A stretch of 64,000 bases of DNA from Azolla caroliniana (lineage: Eukaryota; Plantae; Polypodiophyta), in the NCBI GenBank assembly GCA_043228905.1, contig JBHGNT010000003.1:12214001-12278000 (forward strand), in the 5' to 3' direction. Made by a program: the position numbers and the translations under genes. Positions 51,807 to 64,000 of the stretch are shown in pieces; the first letter of the stretch is position 1, and every line of letters begins with the position of its first letter. The notes below the pieces were generated by a model. That model ran no database searches. It was not told the DNA's origin and was given only the letters and a program-made list of their open reading frames with translations.

Positions 51807-53402
51807 TGATGAGAGATAAAGCTCAACTAGAGTTATTTAATTAGTCAACCACATAACTTAGTAGTTACCTAGATAGAATCTAGTTAGAATTGTTCACTAT
51901 AACACCTTCAATAGGACCTTGTACTTAAGTGGGATATTCTAGATCCTCCACTCCTAAGTACATTTAATATAGGACTTACATCTTTGTACCTATATTCTCT
52001 TCACATATATGCACCCTTGCACATGAAATCTATATATACCTCATTGTAGGTATATTTATAACTTGATGATGCTAATTTAATATAGAGTTAATCATCCCCC
52101 ATCTTGTGTTGTTCATAAGTGTAACTTACTCTCTCTCTCTTTCTCTCACACACATACACACACATATCACTTATTCTTCCACTTAACTTAATCACATAAT
52201 TAGGTACTAATTAACCCTTACTTAATTACCTAATTCTTAACATGGTATCAGAGCGTGTGGTTTAGAAAATCCACTAAGCCCACCTGACTCCGTGATGGTG
52301 TGTTCGAGAAGCCAACGACCCAGCTATCAGCTACCGTAGTGCCGCTACGTAGCACGTGTATGTGACTGAAGGAAGAAACGTAAAATGTAAGACATTACAA
52401 TCAACATGAACACACAAATGGCTAGCTCGCTCCTTAGTGAAAAGCTAGACCAGAGCAATTATTCATCTTGGGAGTACAAGATGAACCAATACCTTGTCGG
52501 CCAAGGGTATTGGGGCTACATCAACGACATTCAAGAAAATCGACCCGACCCAAAGAACGTCGACTACTCAACATGGGAGCAAACGGCGAGTCAAGTCATG
52601 TATTGGTTGGCAACATGTGTCCATGACAACACGCTTAGCCACATTCGAGACGCCAAGACGCCCAAAGAGATGTGGGAGAACTTAAAGAAAATGTTCGCTG
52701 CCAACACGACCGCCCGAAAGCTTCAACTCCGACAAGCATTGAACACTATTCGGCAAAAAGATATGTCTGTGTTGGACTACACCGCCAAGATCAAGAGCAT
52801 TGGTGACTCGCTTGGCTCCATCAACATAAACACTCGAGGCTCATCCAGAGGAGATTTCAATGGCTCTGAAAGCGATTAGAAGAAAAGGATTTTTCTTTGA
52901 TGAAGATCCACACGACCGAAAATGGATCTGACATGTTGTCGAAAGTGTTGTTAGTAGAGAAGTTGAACAACTGCAGACAGAGGGTCGATTGATGAAGTAC
53001 CCCATGCCAGAGTGAAGGGGGCGTTTGTTGGGAAACAAGTCCCTCCAGATGGGAAGAAGGGTACGATCTGGTTCGGATGGAACCAATGAATAAATACTCA
53101 TAAATGAAATCGAGGACCGAAAATCGATTTAAAAACCGATTTGGAGGCCACATTTGTAAATATTCATAAATGTTGTATGTGTATATATACACTGAGGGAA
53201 AACTTTATGAAGAGTGGTTGAATCATTGTTGTATAGTTGAACACGGTAGTTGCCTCTACAACTGTGTAAGTGCGAGCGAGAGTGAGTGTAACTCTGTAGC
53301 CGTCTGTCAGACGGACAACATCTCGAGGTTGTTGCCTCCGAGCATCTTATTGTACTCCTCCTCATCATAGTGTTTCTGTTTTGGAGTTTGCGGAATCCAT
53401 GT
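51807..53402 (+). mobile_element. Chimeric/deleted Copia: LTR (about 51807-52242), PBS TGGTATCAGAGC and gag 52406-52879 fused to a Tork-like RNase H end, PPT and a different LTR (from 53026, interrupted at 53402)
   Basis: The gag resembles 39040-39393; the distal part resembles about 26270-26490. Confidence 0.8.
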
Positions 53403-54167
53403 TGTCGTAGTGTATTTCGTGCACTATGTGAAAACGTATAAAGTACCCGATTTAATAACTATGAAGAAAATTTAAAAAAATTAGAATACACGTTACATGC
53501 ATCGGGCAAGATTCAAACCTTGTGTCTCCATATTAATAATTTTAAGCCTTACGATTACACTAACACTTCATGATTGTTAAAGAAGTAAATATCCCACATA
53601 GAAACATTACTTCACGCATATTTTCTGGGAAAAAAGCTTTAGTTAGAAGAAAAATGCATGATAACAAAAAGCTACACATGCACATCTAGCGTGTATGAAC
53701 ACTATAGTTCATAAAAAACACATTATCACTTTTAGAAAAAACATGTTAGAGAAAGCATAGAGTCTATTGATAGAAAAGGCATGGAGTTGATAGTTAGAGA
53801 AAAAATATTGATTGCTAAGACTCTCTCATCACTATATAAGGATGGGGATCACAATACAATAGGGGAGAGAGAAAATTATGGATAAAAAATCATTAGGGTT
53901 CAAAAATAATGATTAATAAAATAAATTATACTCGTGGGATTCACGAGGTTTCTATATCCTTCTCATTCAATCTAAATTCATATTCTTATCTAGATATTGA
54001 TTAATAAAATACATTATACTTGTGGGATTCAAAAGTTTCAATCTCTCTTTCTTATAATCTATTTATATATTCTTATTAGCCTTAAAACTCTCCTCCTTCT
54101 AGTCCAAAACCCCAGCGGTTCCCACCCGACTCACGCAACGATCCGGTGCCGAAAGGCACGACAGAAT

Positions 54168-54186
54168 TGGTGAACCCGACGTGAAT
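54168..54186 (+). promoter_or_regulatory. Primer-binding site complementary to the 3' end of plant tRNA-Trp
   Basis: Reverse complement ATTCACGTCGGGTTCACCA matches the recalled plant tRNA-Trp(CCA) 3' end; a second copy lies at 30657-30675. Confidence 0.82.
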
Positions 54187-56185
54187 ACGGGTGGCAAGGA
54201 GATGGAGAATCAACAAAAGGCGGTCAACACAGTGATGATGACGTTCAACCCCATACTACAAGAACAACGCGTGATGTCGGAGATCCAATCGGTAGTAGAA
54301 CAGCTTGTGCAAAGAAACGGACAATTCAATGGAAATGATGTGTCACGCTATCTATGTGACTACAAGGCGCAGATGATGCGAGGTGGGATACCGGAAGGAT
54401 TGCAAGTGATATCCTTCAATTGGGTAGCCACGGATGAGCTACAAGAGAGAATCCAGAAGATGCGGCAACAAAACCCGACATGGGGGTCCTTTGAAGAAAC
54501 TTTACAAGAGGCATATGACTATGAGAGACCGAAGGGACAAGATCAACATGAGTTTGACTACTGGGTGGCCTTGACGAAGATCCACCAAAGCACAACACAA
54601 GCACTCCTAGAGTTCGAGTATCATTTTGCTCAACTCTCGGAGCGGGAACAACGATTGGTGGGGGTGGATAAAGTCCTAATGTTTGTAAGATTGATCGATC
54701 AAAGGGAAAGGATGGCCATCGGGATCGAACTTGAAGACGATGACGGTGAAAATGGCGTCATCGGGGACTAGGCCGAAGTTGAAAGGGTATGCTGAAGACA
54801 TGACAAGAGGAAGATGAGAATCTTGTCAGCAACATGTCCTATGATGGATGGTCGAAGGGCAACAAGACGCGATGACACACAACCACCTAAAGAAGAGGGC
54901 TCAAAGCGAAAGGGTTCGATAGTGCTCGACATGGAATCCTTCAAAAAGGAGGCATATGAGACCTTAAAGGCGAAGGCCGAGGCCAAAGAGAAGGTTACAA
55001 CTAAGCCAAAGCTAAGGCAAATGATTGATGAGGATGAAGTCGCCTCCCATCGGTTGAGAACAAATGATGTGGCCAATATGAAAGCCAAAAGACAATATGA
55101 TGGTACCACGGGAGAGAGTGTGGAACAAGCTATCCTCTCATCTTGCAAAAGAATGATGACTAATGATAAGGCTGATGACTTGAGAGTGGTGAATGCTACA
55201 TCAAGGGTGGAAGAAGTTTTCGGGGTACGAGTGTCGGAAACATCAGGTGAGAAAGGTGTAACCATAATCGATGCTTGCATGATCGAGGGAGATAAAGAGG
55301 GTGAGGTGGACATGATTGAGGAGGTAGCCAGGAAAGATAACATCGAATCGGAGGTGGCTATGGACGAGTCAATGGAGGATGTCCATATCGATACTTTCCC
55401 ACCACCAATTCCAGAGATTTCGGCAATGTGAGACTGAAGAGACGGAAGGTGACGGAGAGAAAACTAAGGTCGAAGCCGATGCAGACAATGGAGAGATAGC
55501 CAAGAAGGTGGCTATGGGTGAAACGATGGTGGACGATAATACCGAGGATTCCTACCCACTAATTTGAGAGACTTCGGCGGTTGTGTCCGAGAACCAAAGT
55601 GAGAACGGAGAGACGGCAGATGGCGGCAAGGAAGGTAAAGTCGGAAGCTGGTTCCGATGGAAGATGATCCATCCAAAATTGCGATCTAAACGAAAGCCAA
55701 ATCAGGCGGAAGTGGATTCGACCTAAATTCGATCGGTCGAGCCCAACCTGGAGGGAAATCGTTCGAGCCCGACTTGGAGGGAAATCGTTTGAGCCAAAAG
55801 CTGATCGGACGAGACCGATCCGGAAAGAAGCTAATCCGACTCAACCGGAGGTCGAACCGGTTGAGGCCAGTGAACACGAGGAAACGGAAGCAAACCCGGA
55901 TGAAAATCGATCGGTCGAACCCACCCGGAAGTGGGCCGACTCGGTCGAAACCGATAAACTAAGTTCGATTTAGCTGAATACAAATCTGTATGGAAGCCGA
56001 TCCAACCGAAAGCTTATCGGACGAGACCGATCTGGAAGGAAGTCGAGGCCGGTGAACACGAGGAAGTGGTCAAGCATGCACACTACCACAGATGGCAAGG
56101 ACCAAGCAGGTCAAGTGGTTTTTAAGGGTGTTACTGAGGCTTAGATCTCGACAAAGAAGAAGGGCTCTAACATGAAGATTGTCAA

Positions 56186-59100
56186 TGTTACGGGCATGAC
56201 CATATAATATCCCGTGGTGAGAATTTACCGTAGTATTCTAGCCACGTGGATAAGTGTGAGGGTTAAACGAGAGTGTAAAGAAGGGGAGGATTACTTTTAA
56301 TCCTTGGGATTGAGACAACCCATTAGGCCAAGTGTGAACTTGCCTGGGGGCCTTGGGTATCGCTATAAATAAGAGGCCTAGCTACCCTCATTTCATCATC
56401 TTATTGACTACGTCGAGATTCTGTCTTGTGGTGGGTCAACTCTTGTAGCAAGCGCGCTAGCACCATGTACGACTCGACACCATGGCGGTGGTATGGGACG
56501 CCGATCGAGGCTCAAGTCCGTCTCGATCCCTTCGCTTGGGGGTGGTCGGGTGGATAGGCACCCTTCTTTCTCTCTCTCCTTTCTATCTAGATCTATCTTT
56601 TATCCTTATTTTATGCTTACATTAGTTCATGTCTCTAACAGTTGGTTTCAAAGCCTATGTTCTAATGTTTCTTTTGTTGGCTTTTGTTTTGTTGATTGAT
56701 GGTGATCGGTCAATGTGCGGTCGGCCTTGATCCAGACAACGATCAACAAAAGAACTTCAATAATCTTTCCTGATTTCTTTTTCTATTGTTTCTTCTCCCA
56801 TCTAATCATGTGTATTAATTGTATTCATTAATTCAATGATGTTGAAGTGGTAATTAATTGGTTATATGAAATGTTTACATATGTGTATGAGGTCAATATC
56901 TCATTTGACATATATTGAATATGTGATTAGTGTCGTATGCACACGAGGTTAATACATCAATTGCATATTACGCTCACATACATATGTTATGTATGCGTAT
57001 GAGGTCAATACCTTGATTTCGTTGTAAATGATATACGTTTGGTGTCGTATGCATAAGAGGTCAATACCTCAATTGCGTATCACGATGAACCCTTATTTTT
57101 GGATGTTTCGTGTGTGTAGAGGGTATATGCCTTGATTGTGTATCTCGATTACATCATTTCTGGCTATTTGATGTAACGATTTGTTTAATGTACGCATATG
57201 TGATCACGTGTATACGTATTTGATCATATATATGTCATAAGTAAACATAAGTGTATATTTGATATTACGTGATTTCTATCGAATGTTGTCCTTGTCCAGA
57301 AAAGGATCTTGGCGGGCGTCCTCACATTTTTGTGAGAATGGCGTTGTCACCATCCCTTTTTTCAACAATTTTTTATTGTTGACATTCCCATTGGTGACTT
57401 TGATTTTATTACGTAAAGAAATGCCTATAGCCACAATGATGTTGAGAACATAGGGCTTGACCCACTTGATGTGAAGTTGCTCCTATGACACACATATCCA
57501 ACATCCCTCCCTCGTTTCATGGATACGATGCCACCATGAGATCATTCTTACGAGAGGCATTCGTAATGACATAACCATGTGATGGGCCACATGGGCTTAC
57601 TACGAAAAGAGGGCTCATTTGGCTTGACCATTAGGTTGCACTTTGGCGTCTGCCATCGTAATTACGAGACTTGAGGTTAGGTAACGTATGAACATATTTT
57701 GTAGTAAACGAGGGGAAAATAAGGACTCTTGACATCTATGTTTCTTTTAAAAAGACATATACGGGCAAATGCCTCGCATATCTCTTATACGCATGAAAAC
57801 ATTAAGCATTCAAGAAGAGCAACCTACTTGGTTGGCTCAAGTGTTTAATGTATTTGATCTCGAGGTCTGAAGTTCAAATATAACCAAGACCATACAACAT
57901 CATTGATACTATTGAGAATCAAACTCAACTTGGTCTAGTGTGTGAACTCACCTTGAGAGTGAATAGACACTCCTACGGTCAAGAGTCACCATTATGTCAC
58001 CACTTTGTATTCTAGCATTTAGTATGACTCGTAGAATCATATTCTATGACACATAACTTATGAGCTTTCACATTCCCCATGCTCCATGAGTCTTTCTCCT
58101 TTGTTAACATACTTTACCTTGCATATTCCTTGTCTCTCTCACTCTCTCTCTATCATACACACACAATGCATATCTATTCTACTGCACAGAATCCATCTCT
58201 TGATTCTTTATAGATACATATGACAATAACACATGTTTAGACTTGAGGTCTAAGTGCACTTCAGGGTCCTTGTAATAGGACTTAAAGAGCCGAAACCACA
58301 TATGTGGGCACAGAAACATAGTTTATTGTTAACATTTTTTTCGTGTATAAACTACTCATGACGCGAACATACATGGTTGAGCCTCGGGGAGCCGCCATGA
58401 ATAAATCGATATAGAGATCAAGGAAAGACATTTATTTGTCACCCCCATGGTTTTGAAAACACCTTTGTGTTACCATTGTAACCTGATCTTGAACCTCATC
58501 TCATACATCTAGAGGGGTATTGACGTGAGATCATGATATCGATTAATGATTACCCATGATATGTTTACATCACGACATAATGTTTGGACTATTTGTCTGA
58601 CCTTATCATATTTCTTTGCGAGAAATAATCATTTAATGGCTCAAAATAACGACCCGATGTCATCCGCTCCAACGAAAGGAACTCAAGGAAATCCTCCTCG
58701 ACAAATGTCCATTGAGATGTATTTTTCGCAAATAACCCAATACCTTAGTTTCACCACTCAATAGGTGACCGAACTTTAGCAATCTCAAAGTGCTCTCGAG
58801 GCACGTGTCATTAGTTTACAACGTGAGACTAATAGACCTGATGAGCGACAGGGTGAGCCATCGTTTGTCGTTAAGCCATTTACGGGTGAAAAAAAGGAAA
58901 GAACCGAAGAAGCAATCTACACGTGGCTGGGCCGATGGGAGTCTCATTTTGAGCTCTATCCCACACTAGATAGTACGAAGTTTGCATATGTTGTCCGAGA
59001 ACTAGGGGGTAAGGTCGTCGACTGGTGGCGTCGGCTCCGTACTTTGGGGAAATTGCCCAATACTTGGATAGATTTTGTCATAGTTTTCAAGGGTCAATTT

Positions 59101-62100
59101 CTGCAACCTCCCTCTCGAACCGAGGCAACTCATGCTTTAATGAACCTCTCTAGCAGGAAATTTTCTTCACTAGAAGACTATGTCCACCATGCTAGAACCC
59201 AAATCCAAAAATCGGGTCTAGAAGGGGACAATTGGTTAATGGCATCCCCAATTCGGACTATCACTGGATAGTGCACGATAAGGATCCAAAATCCTTCGAA
59301 GAGGCCATTGAAATAGTTCTTCGCTATCAACGCACTTCGAAGAAGAACCACAACTGACCAAACAAACCATCCGAGACTAAGCAGTCGCAATTCGCTGGGA
59401 AACGCAAGACACCCAACGAATTCATGGATCGCAATTGTAAGCGACAACATCCTTTTTGTGTATTCTGCAAAAAGAAGGGTCATACAAAAGAGCAATGTCG
59501 AAAGCTCCAACAGAAAGAGCATGACAGCAAAGTTAAAGCTACAGACCATAAATGTCAGATTCCTAATGTCCTTTAGGTCTATACACATCATTTAAGTAAT
59601 TGCCAATGTTCTTTCCCTCACAATGTATTGGGTCCCAATGATTTACTACATGCAATCGGGTATATGAATGGATCTCCCATACAATTTTTGTTAGATTCGG
59701 GAAGCTCACACAACTTTGTGAATGATCGTTTGGTTCAGATATGGGGAATCCAACCCACCGTAAGTGATCACACCTATACATCAACGGGGCGATTCATTCA
59801 TTAGGAATTTCTATTGATACTTATATGGAGGAAGTAGACTTCCATGTAATGAATCTTTGTACCATTGATGTAATATTGGGTTATCCCTGGTTCTATAATA
59901 AAAGCTCTTCTTTATCTATTGATTGGGTTCATCATTCAATTACATTTGTACTGAACGACTGTACTCATTTTATTCAATGTGTAAACAAACAATCCCTATC
60001 GATTGTTTCCTTTCCATCAATATCTGAGTTGTCTTGTTCTACTCTATTTTATTGTGTACTTGATCCCGACATTCACGTTTACAATATCGATAATGTCTCC
60101 ATTCAATTAACATATTTTGAACAACAACAACTTGATGAAATCTTAAATGATTTTCGTGACGTTTTTCCGAGTGAACTACCATATGGGTTACCTCCTAAAC
60201 GTAATATAGACCATCATATAGATATCGTACCTGGCGTTGCACCAATAAGTATACCTCCTTATCACTTAAGTCGATCCGAAGAGGATGAGGTATCTAAGCA
60301 ACTCAAGGCCTATTTACGAATGGGTTATATATGTTATAGTAAATCTCCATGGGGTGCACTAGTTCTCTTGGTTAAAAAGAAAGAGGGCACATGGCGTATA
60401 TGTATTAATTACCGACGCTTGAATAAAGTGACGATCAAGAATTCGTATCCATTGCCCCGGGCTGATGTTCCAATTGACCATCTCTAGGGAGCTCGGTATT
60501 TTACGAAACTTGATCTCTGTAATGGCTACCATCAAATTTGTATAAGTGAGGATGATGTTCCTAAAACGGCATTTCGTACGCGCTATGGCCATTATGAGTT
60601 TTTGGTTATGCCTTTTGGTTTGACCAATGCTCCGACTACATTTCAACAAGAAATGAATGACATTTTTCGAGAAAAGCTTGGAAAATTTGTCGTTATTTTC
60701 TTGGATGATATTTTAGTTTATAGCCATACATTACAAGAACATGCTAAACATGTCCACTTTGTTTTACAAACATTGCGTGACAAACAGTTTTATGCGAAGA
60801 TCTCAAAATGTGAGTTCTTCAAGAAATCAATTACTTATCTTGGACATCTCATAACTGAACGAGGAGTTGAAATTGATCCTTCTCACATCGAGAAAATCAA
60901 GCTTTGGCCCACTCTTAGGAATATTCAAAAAGTTCGATCATTTCTTGGTTTTGTCGGGTTTTTGCGAAAATCCCTTCGTAATTACTCCCAATTGACAATG
61001 TCGTTTACTGATCTTCTAAAAGGTCAAACCCGTAAGTCTACAAAACCTATTGTTTGGAATGCTACACTAGAACTCGCCTTTAAGAAACTCAACGACCTGG
61101 TGTGCAAGGCTCCTTCACTTGTTTTACCCGATCCTTCAAAACCATTTGAGGTTGAAACTGATGCAAGCGATTATGCTATAGGTGTTGTCCTATATCAAGA
61201 TGGTAAACCAATAGCAATCAAGAGTAAGAAACTTGATTCTGCTCAATGTCGGTATACCGTTCAAGAAAACGAATTATTTGTAGTTATACATGTGCTCAAA
61301 ACATGGCGCCATTATCTTTATGGAAATTGCTTTGTGGTAACTACGAATCACGAGTCCTTGAAATAATTTTGTGACTAACAAGACCTCAAAGGTCGTAAGG
61401 CACGATGGGCTGATCTCATCCAGGACATTGATTTTTCCATACAATATAGTAAAGGTTCCATGAACACTGTTGCCGATGCACTAAATCGCATCCATGAAGT
61501 TAACACCTTCGCTTCACTGAAATAACATCAGATCTTTATGATCACCTTCGAGGAAAGTATCTTGACGACAATCATTTTTCAAAATACTAGGCAAGAGTGG
61601 AGTCTAGAACAAACACCATCACATCCTCGAAGGAATACTTCCACATTACTAATGTTCTACTCTACTGTAATGGGAAGGTTTGTGTTCCAGATTTGCCTGA
61701 GATCAAAAAGAGAATTCTTTTTTAATGCCATGATGCACCCTTAGCAGGGCATCTTGGAATACATCGTACACTCATTCTAATCTCCACTCAATTCTATTGG
61801 CCTAAGATGCGCCCTGACATACATAGCCATGACTAAATGTCACCAATGTCAGGTTAACAAAGCCGAGTGACTTAAAGCTGCAGGACTTTTACATCCCTTC
61901 GACATTCCCAATAATAAGTCGGAAAGTATATCCATGGATTTTATTGTTAGCCTTCCTCACACCCAAAAAGGCCATGATGTCATCTGGGTTGTGGTTGATA
62001 GACTAACTAAAATGGCCAGATTTATTGCTACTAAAACCACGGTAACAACTCTTGAATTGGCTTACCAATTCGTTGACGAGTTATTTTGTTTTTATGGGTT

Positions 62101-63207
62101 ACCAATGGATATCGTGTGTGATCGAGATCCAAAGTTTACTAGTGACTTTTGGACACAAGTCTTCAAGAAGTTAGAAACTACATTGAGCATGAGCTCCACG
62201 GATCATCCTCAATCCGATGGACAGACAAAACAAGTAAATCAAATTATTGAGGACATGCTTCGAGCATACGTTGGTGCAAAACCAACAAAATAGGAACATT
62301 ATCTCCCAATTTTGGAGTTTGCTTATAACAGCTCCAAGCATACATCGACGGGATATAGTCCTTTTATGTTGATGTATGGGTAGGTGCACTAAGTTCGCCC
62401 CACAGTTTTGTGGACCTTTTACAGTCCTCAATTGCATTGGGTCATCAGCATATCGTCTTGCTCTTCTCGATGGTGTTGAAATTCATCTAGTTTTTCATGT
62501 GAGTCTGGCGACAATACAGTTACAACTGAAACTTTGGTTACTTCTAAAGAATTATCATCTAAACCACATGTACCAGAAAGAATTCTCGATGTTAAAAAAA
62601 AAAATTACGTACTAAAGAAATCCGAGAATTTAAAATAAAATGGATGGATAAATCAATAAAAGATGCCACATGGGAACGCGGAAATACTCTCAGAACTAAC
62701 TTCCCTAACTTTCCATTGCAAGAGTGCAATGTTTTAAAGAGGGGGGGGAGTATGTTACGGGCATGACCATATAATATCCCGTGGTGAGAATTTACCGTAG
62801 TATTCTAGCCACGTGGATAAGTGTGAGGGTTAAACAAGAGTGTAAAGAAGGGGAGGATTACTTTTAATCCTCGGGATTGAGACAACCCATTAGGCCAAGT
62901 GTGAACTTGCCTGGGGGCCTTGGGTATCGCTATAAATAAGAGGCCTAGCTACCCTCATTTCATCGTCTTGTTAACTACGTCGAGACTTTGTCTTGTGGTG
63001 GGTCAACTCTTGTAGCGAGCGCGCCAACACCAAGTAGGACTCAACGCCATGACGATGGTATGGGACGCCGATCGAGGCTCGAGTCTGTCTCGATCCCTTT
63101 GCTCGGGGGTGGTTGGGTGGATCGACACCCTTCTTTCTCTCTCTCCTTTCTATCTAGATCTATCTTTTATCCTTATTTTATGCTTACATTAGTTCATGTC
63201 TCTAACA
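56186..63207 (+). mobile_element. Gypsy chromovirus-type LTR retrotransposon, full-length, degenerate, with a ~2-kb 5' leader
   Basis: 455-bp LTRs 56186-56640 and 62753-63207; TSD GTCAA; Met-type PBS TGGTTTCAAAGCC. Contains gag, protease, RT (FLDD), RNase H (ETDAS), integrase (MDFIV, DRDPKF), a chromodomain-like KW...ATWE and a PPT. Confidence 0.94.
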
Positions 63208-64000
63208 GTCAACTCTAACGCACATTGTACGACGAAGGTGGACGAAGTGCGGAGTGTCTTGACCAAGGAGACAGTCGGAATGAAGGTGGCACATGCACGA
63301 GACATGAAGGGTTAAGCTCAAGAAGAACACAAGGAGCCATGAGAACCGGTCTTGGCAATGCAAAGAGTGAACGAAGAATATGGTGGATTGGATGGCGACA
63401 ATGGTTCGGGTGGAAGGAATGGACGTGCTCAAAATGGAGAGAAAAAGTCAACATAGCAGGAGAAATAGAGGGTACTACGGATGAAGGGGAATAACAAGCA
63501 TCGGCAACTTCGGCACATACCGGACGATGTGCGGGTTCGGAGGGGGCGAGTGTCGTAGTGTATTTCGTACACTACGTGAAAAACGTATAAAGTACCCGAT
63601 TTAATAACCATGAACAAAACGAAGAAAATATGAGAATACACATTACATGCATATGGCAAGATTCAAACCTTGTACCTCCATGTTAATAATTTGAAGCCTT
63701 ACCATTACACTAACACATCATCAAGATGAAAAAAGCTTTAGTTAGAAGAAAAACACATGATAAAAAAAGCTACACATGCACATCTAGCGTGTATGAACAC
63801 TATAGTTCATAAAAAATGCATGATCAGTTTTAGAAAAAGCATGTTAGAGAAAGTATAGTCTATTGATAGAAAAAACATGGAGTTGATAGTTAGAGAAAAA
63901 TCATGGATTGCTGAGACTCTCTCATCACTATATAAGGATGGAGAGAGAAAATTATGGATGAAAAATCATTAGGGTTCAGAAATAATGATTAATAAAATAA

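Larger units (their letters stand above)
53403..64000 (+). mobile_element. Non-autonomous tRNA-Trp-primed LTR retroelement (LARD-like); 5' LTR 53403-54163, 3' LTR from 63551 running off the window
   Basis: LTR TGTCGT...ACGACA; PBS TGGTGAACCCGACGTGAAT at 54168-54186; gag-like ORF (FNGNDVSRYL) and an acidic ORF; PPT AGGGGGCGAG; no pol of its own seen. Confidence 0.88.

Noticed and set aside
53497-53572. Functional tRNA gene
   Set aside because: No convincing anticodon or acceptor stem could be folded. It is reported only as a tRNA-like module within an LTR.

Overview
This is eukaryotic, plant-type nuclear DNA. It is probably from a non-seed land plant such as a fern, inferred from the TE families present (Sola, Tcn1-like, tRNA-Trp-primed LTR elements) and not proven. 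There is one intact host gene, a 3-exon TRICHOME BIREFRINGENCE-LIKE O-acetyltransferase (minus, 5516-9301). The rest is mostly nested, largely decayed mobile DNA: L1-type LINEs, several Copia and Gypsy/chromovirus LTR elements (most with TSDs read directly from the sequence), and two Sola-type DNA transposons. The standout is an 11.0-kb Sola2-like transposon (40485-51497) with a 25-bp TIR and a TCAT TSD. It carries two convergent spliced genes: an apparently intact 847-codon DDD transposase and a 5-exon coiled-coil/RING-H2 accessory gene. One long intron of each gene is almost entirely filled with tandem copies of the 14-bp palindrome TAGCTAATTAGCTA, which also sits just inside both TIRs. Family assignments rest on recalled motifs, not database searches. 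Coordinates were counted by hand and may be off by a few bases.
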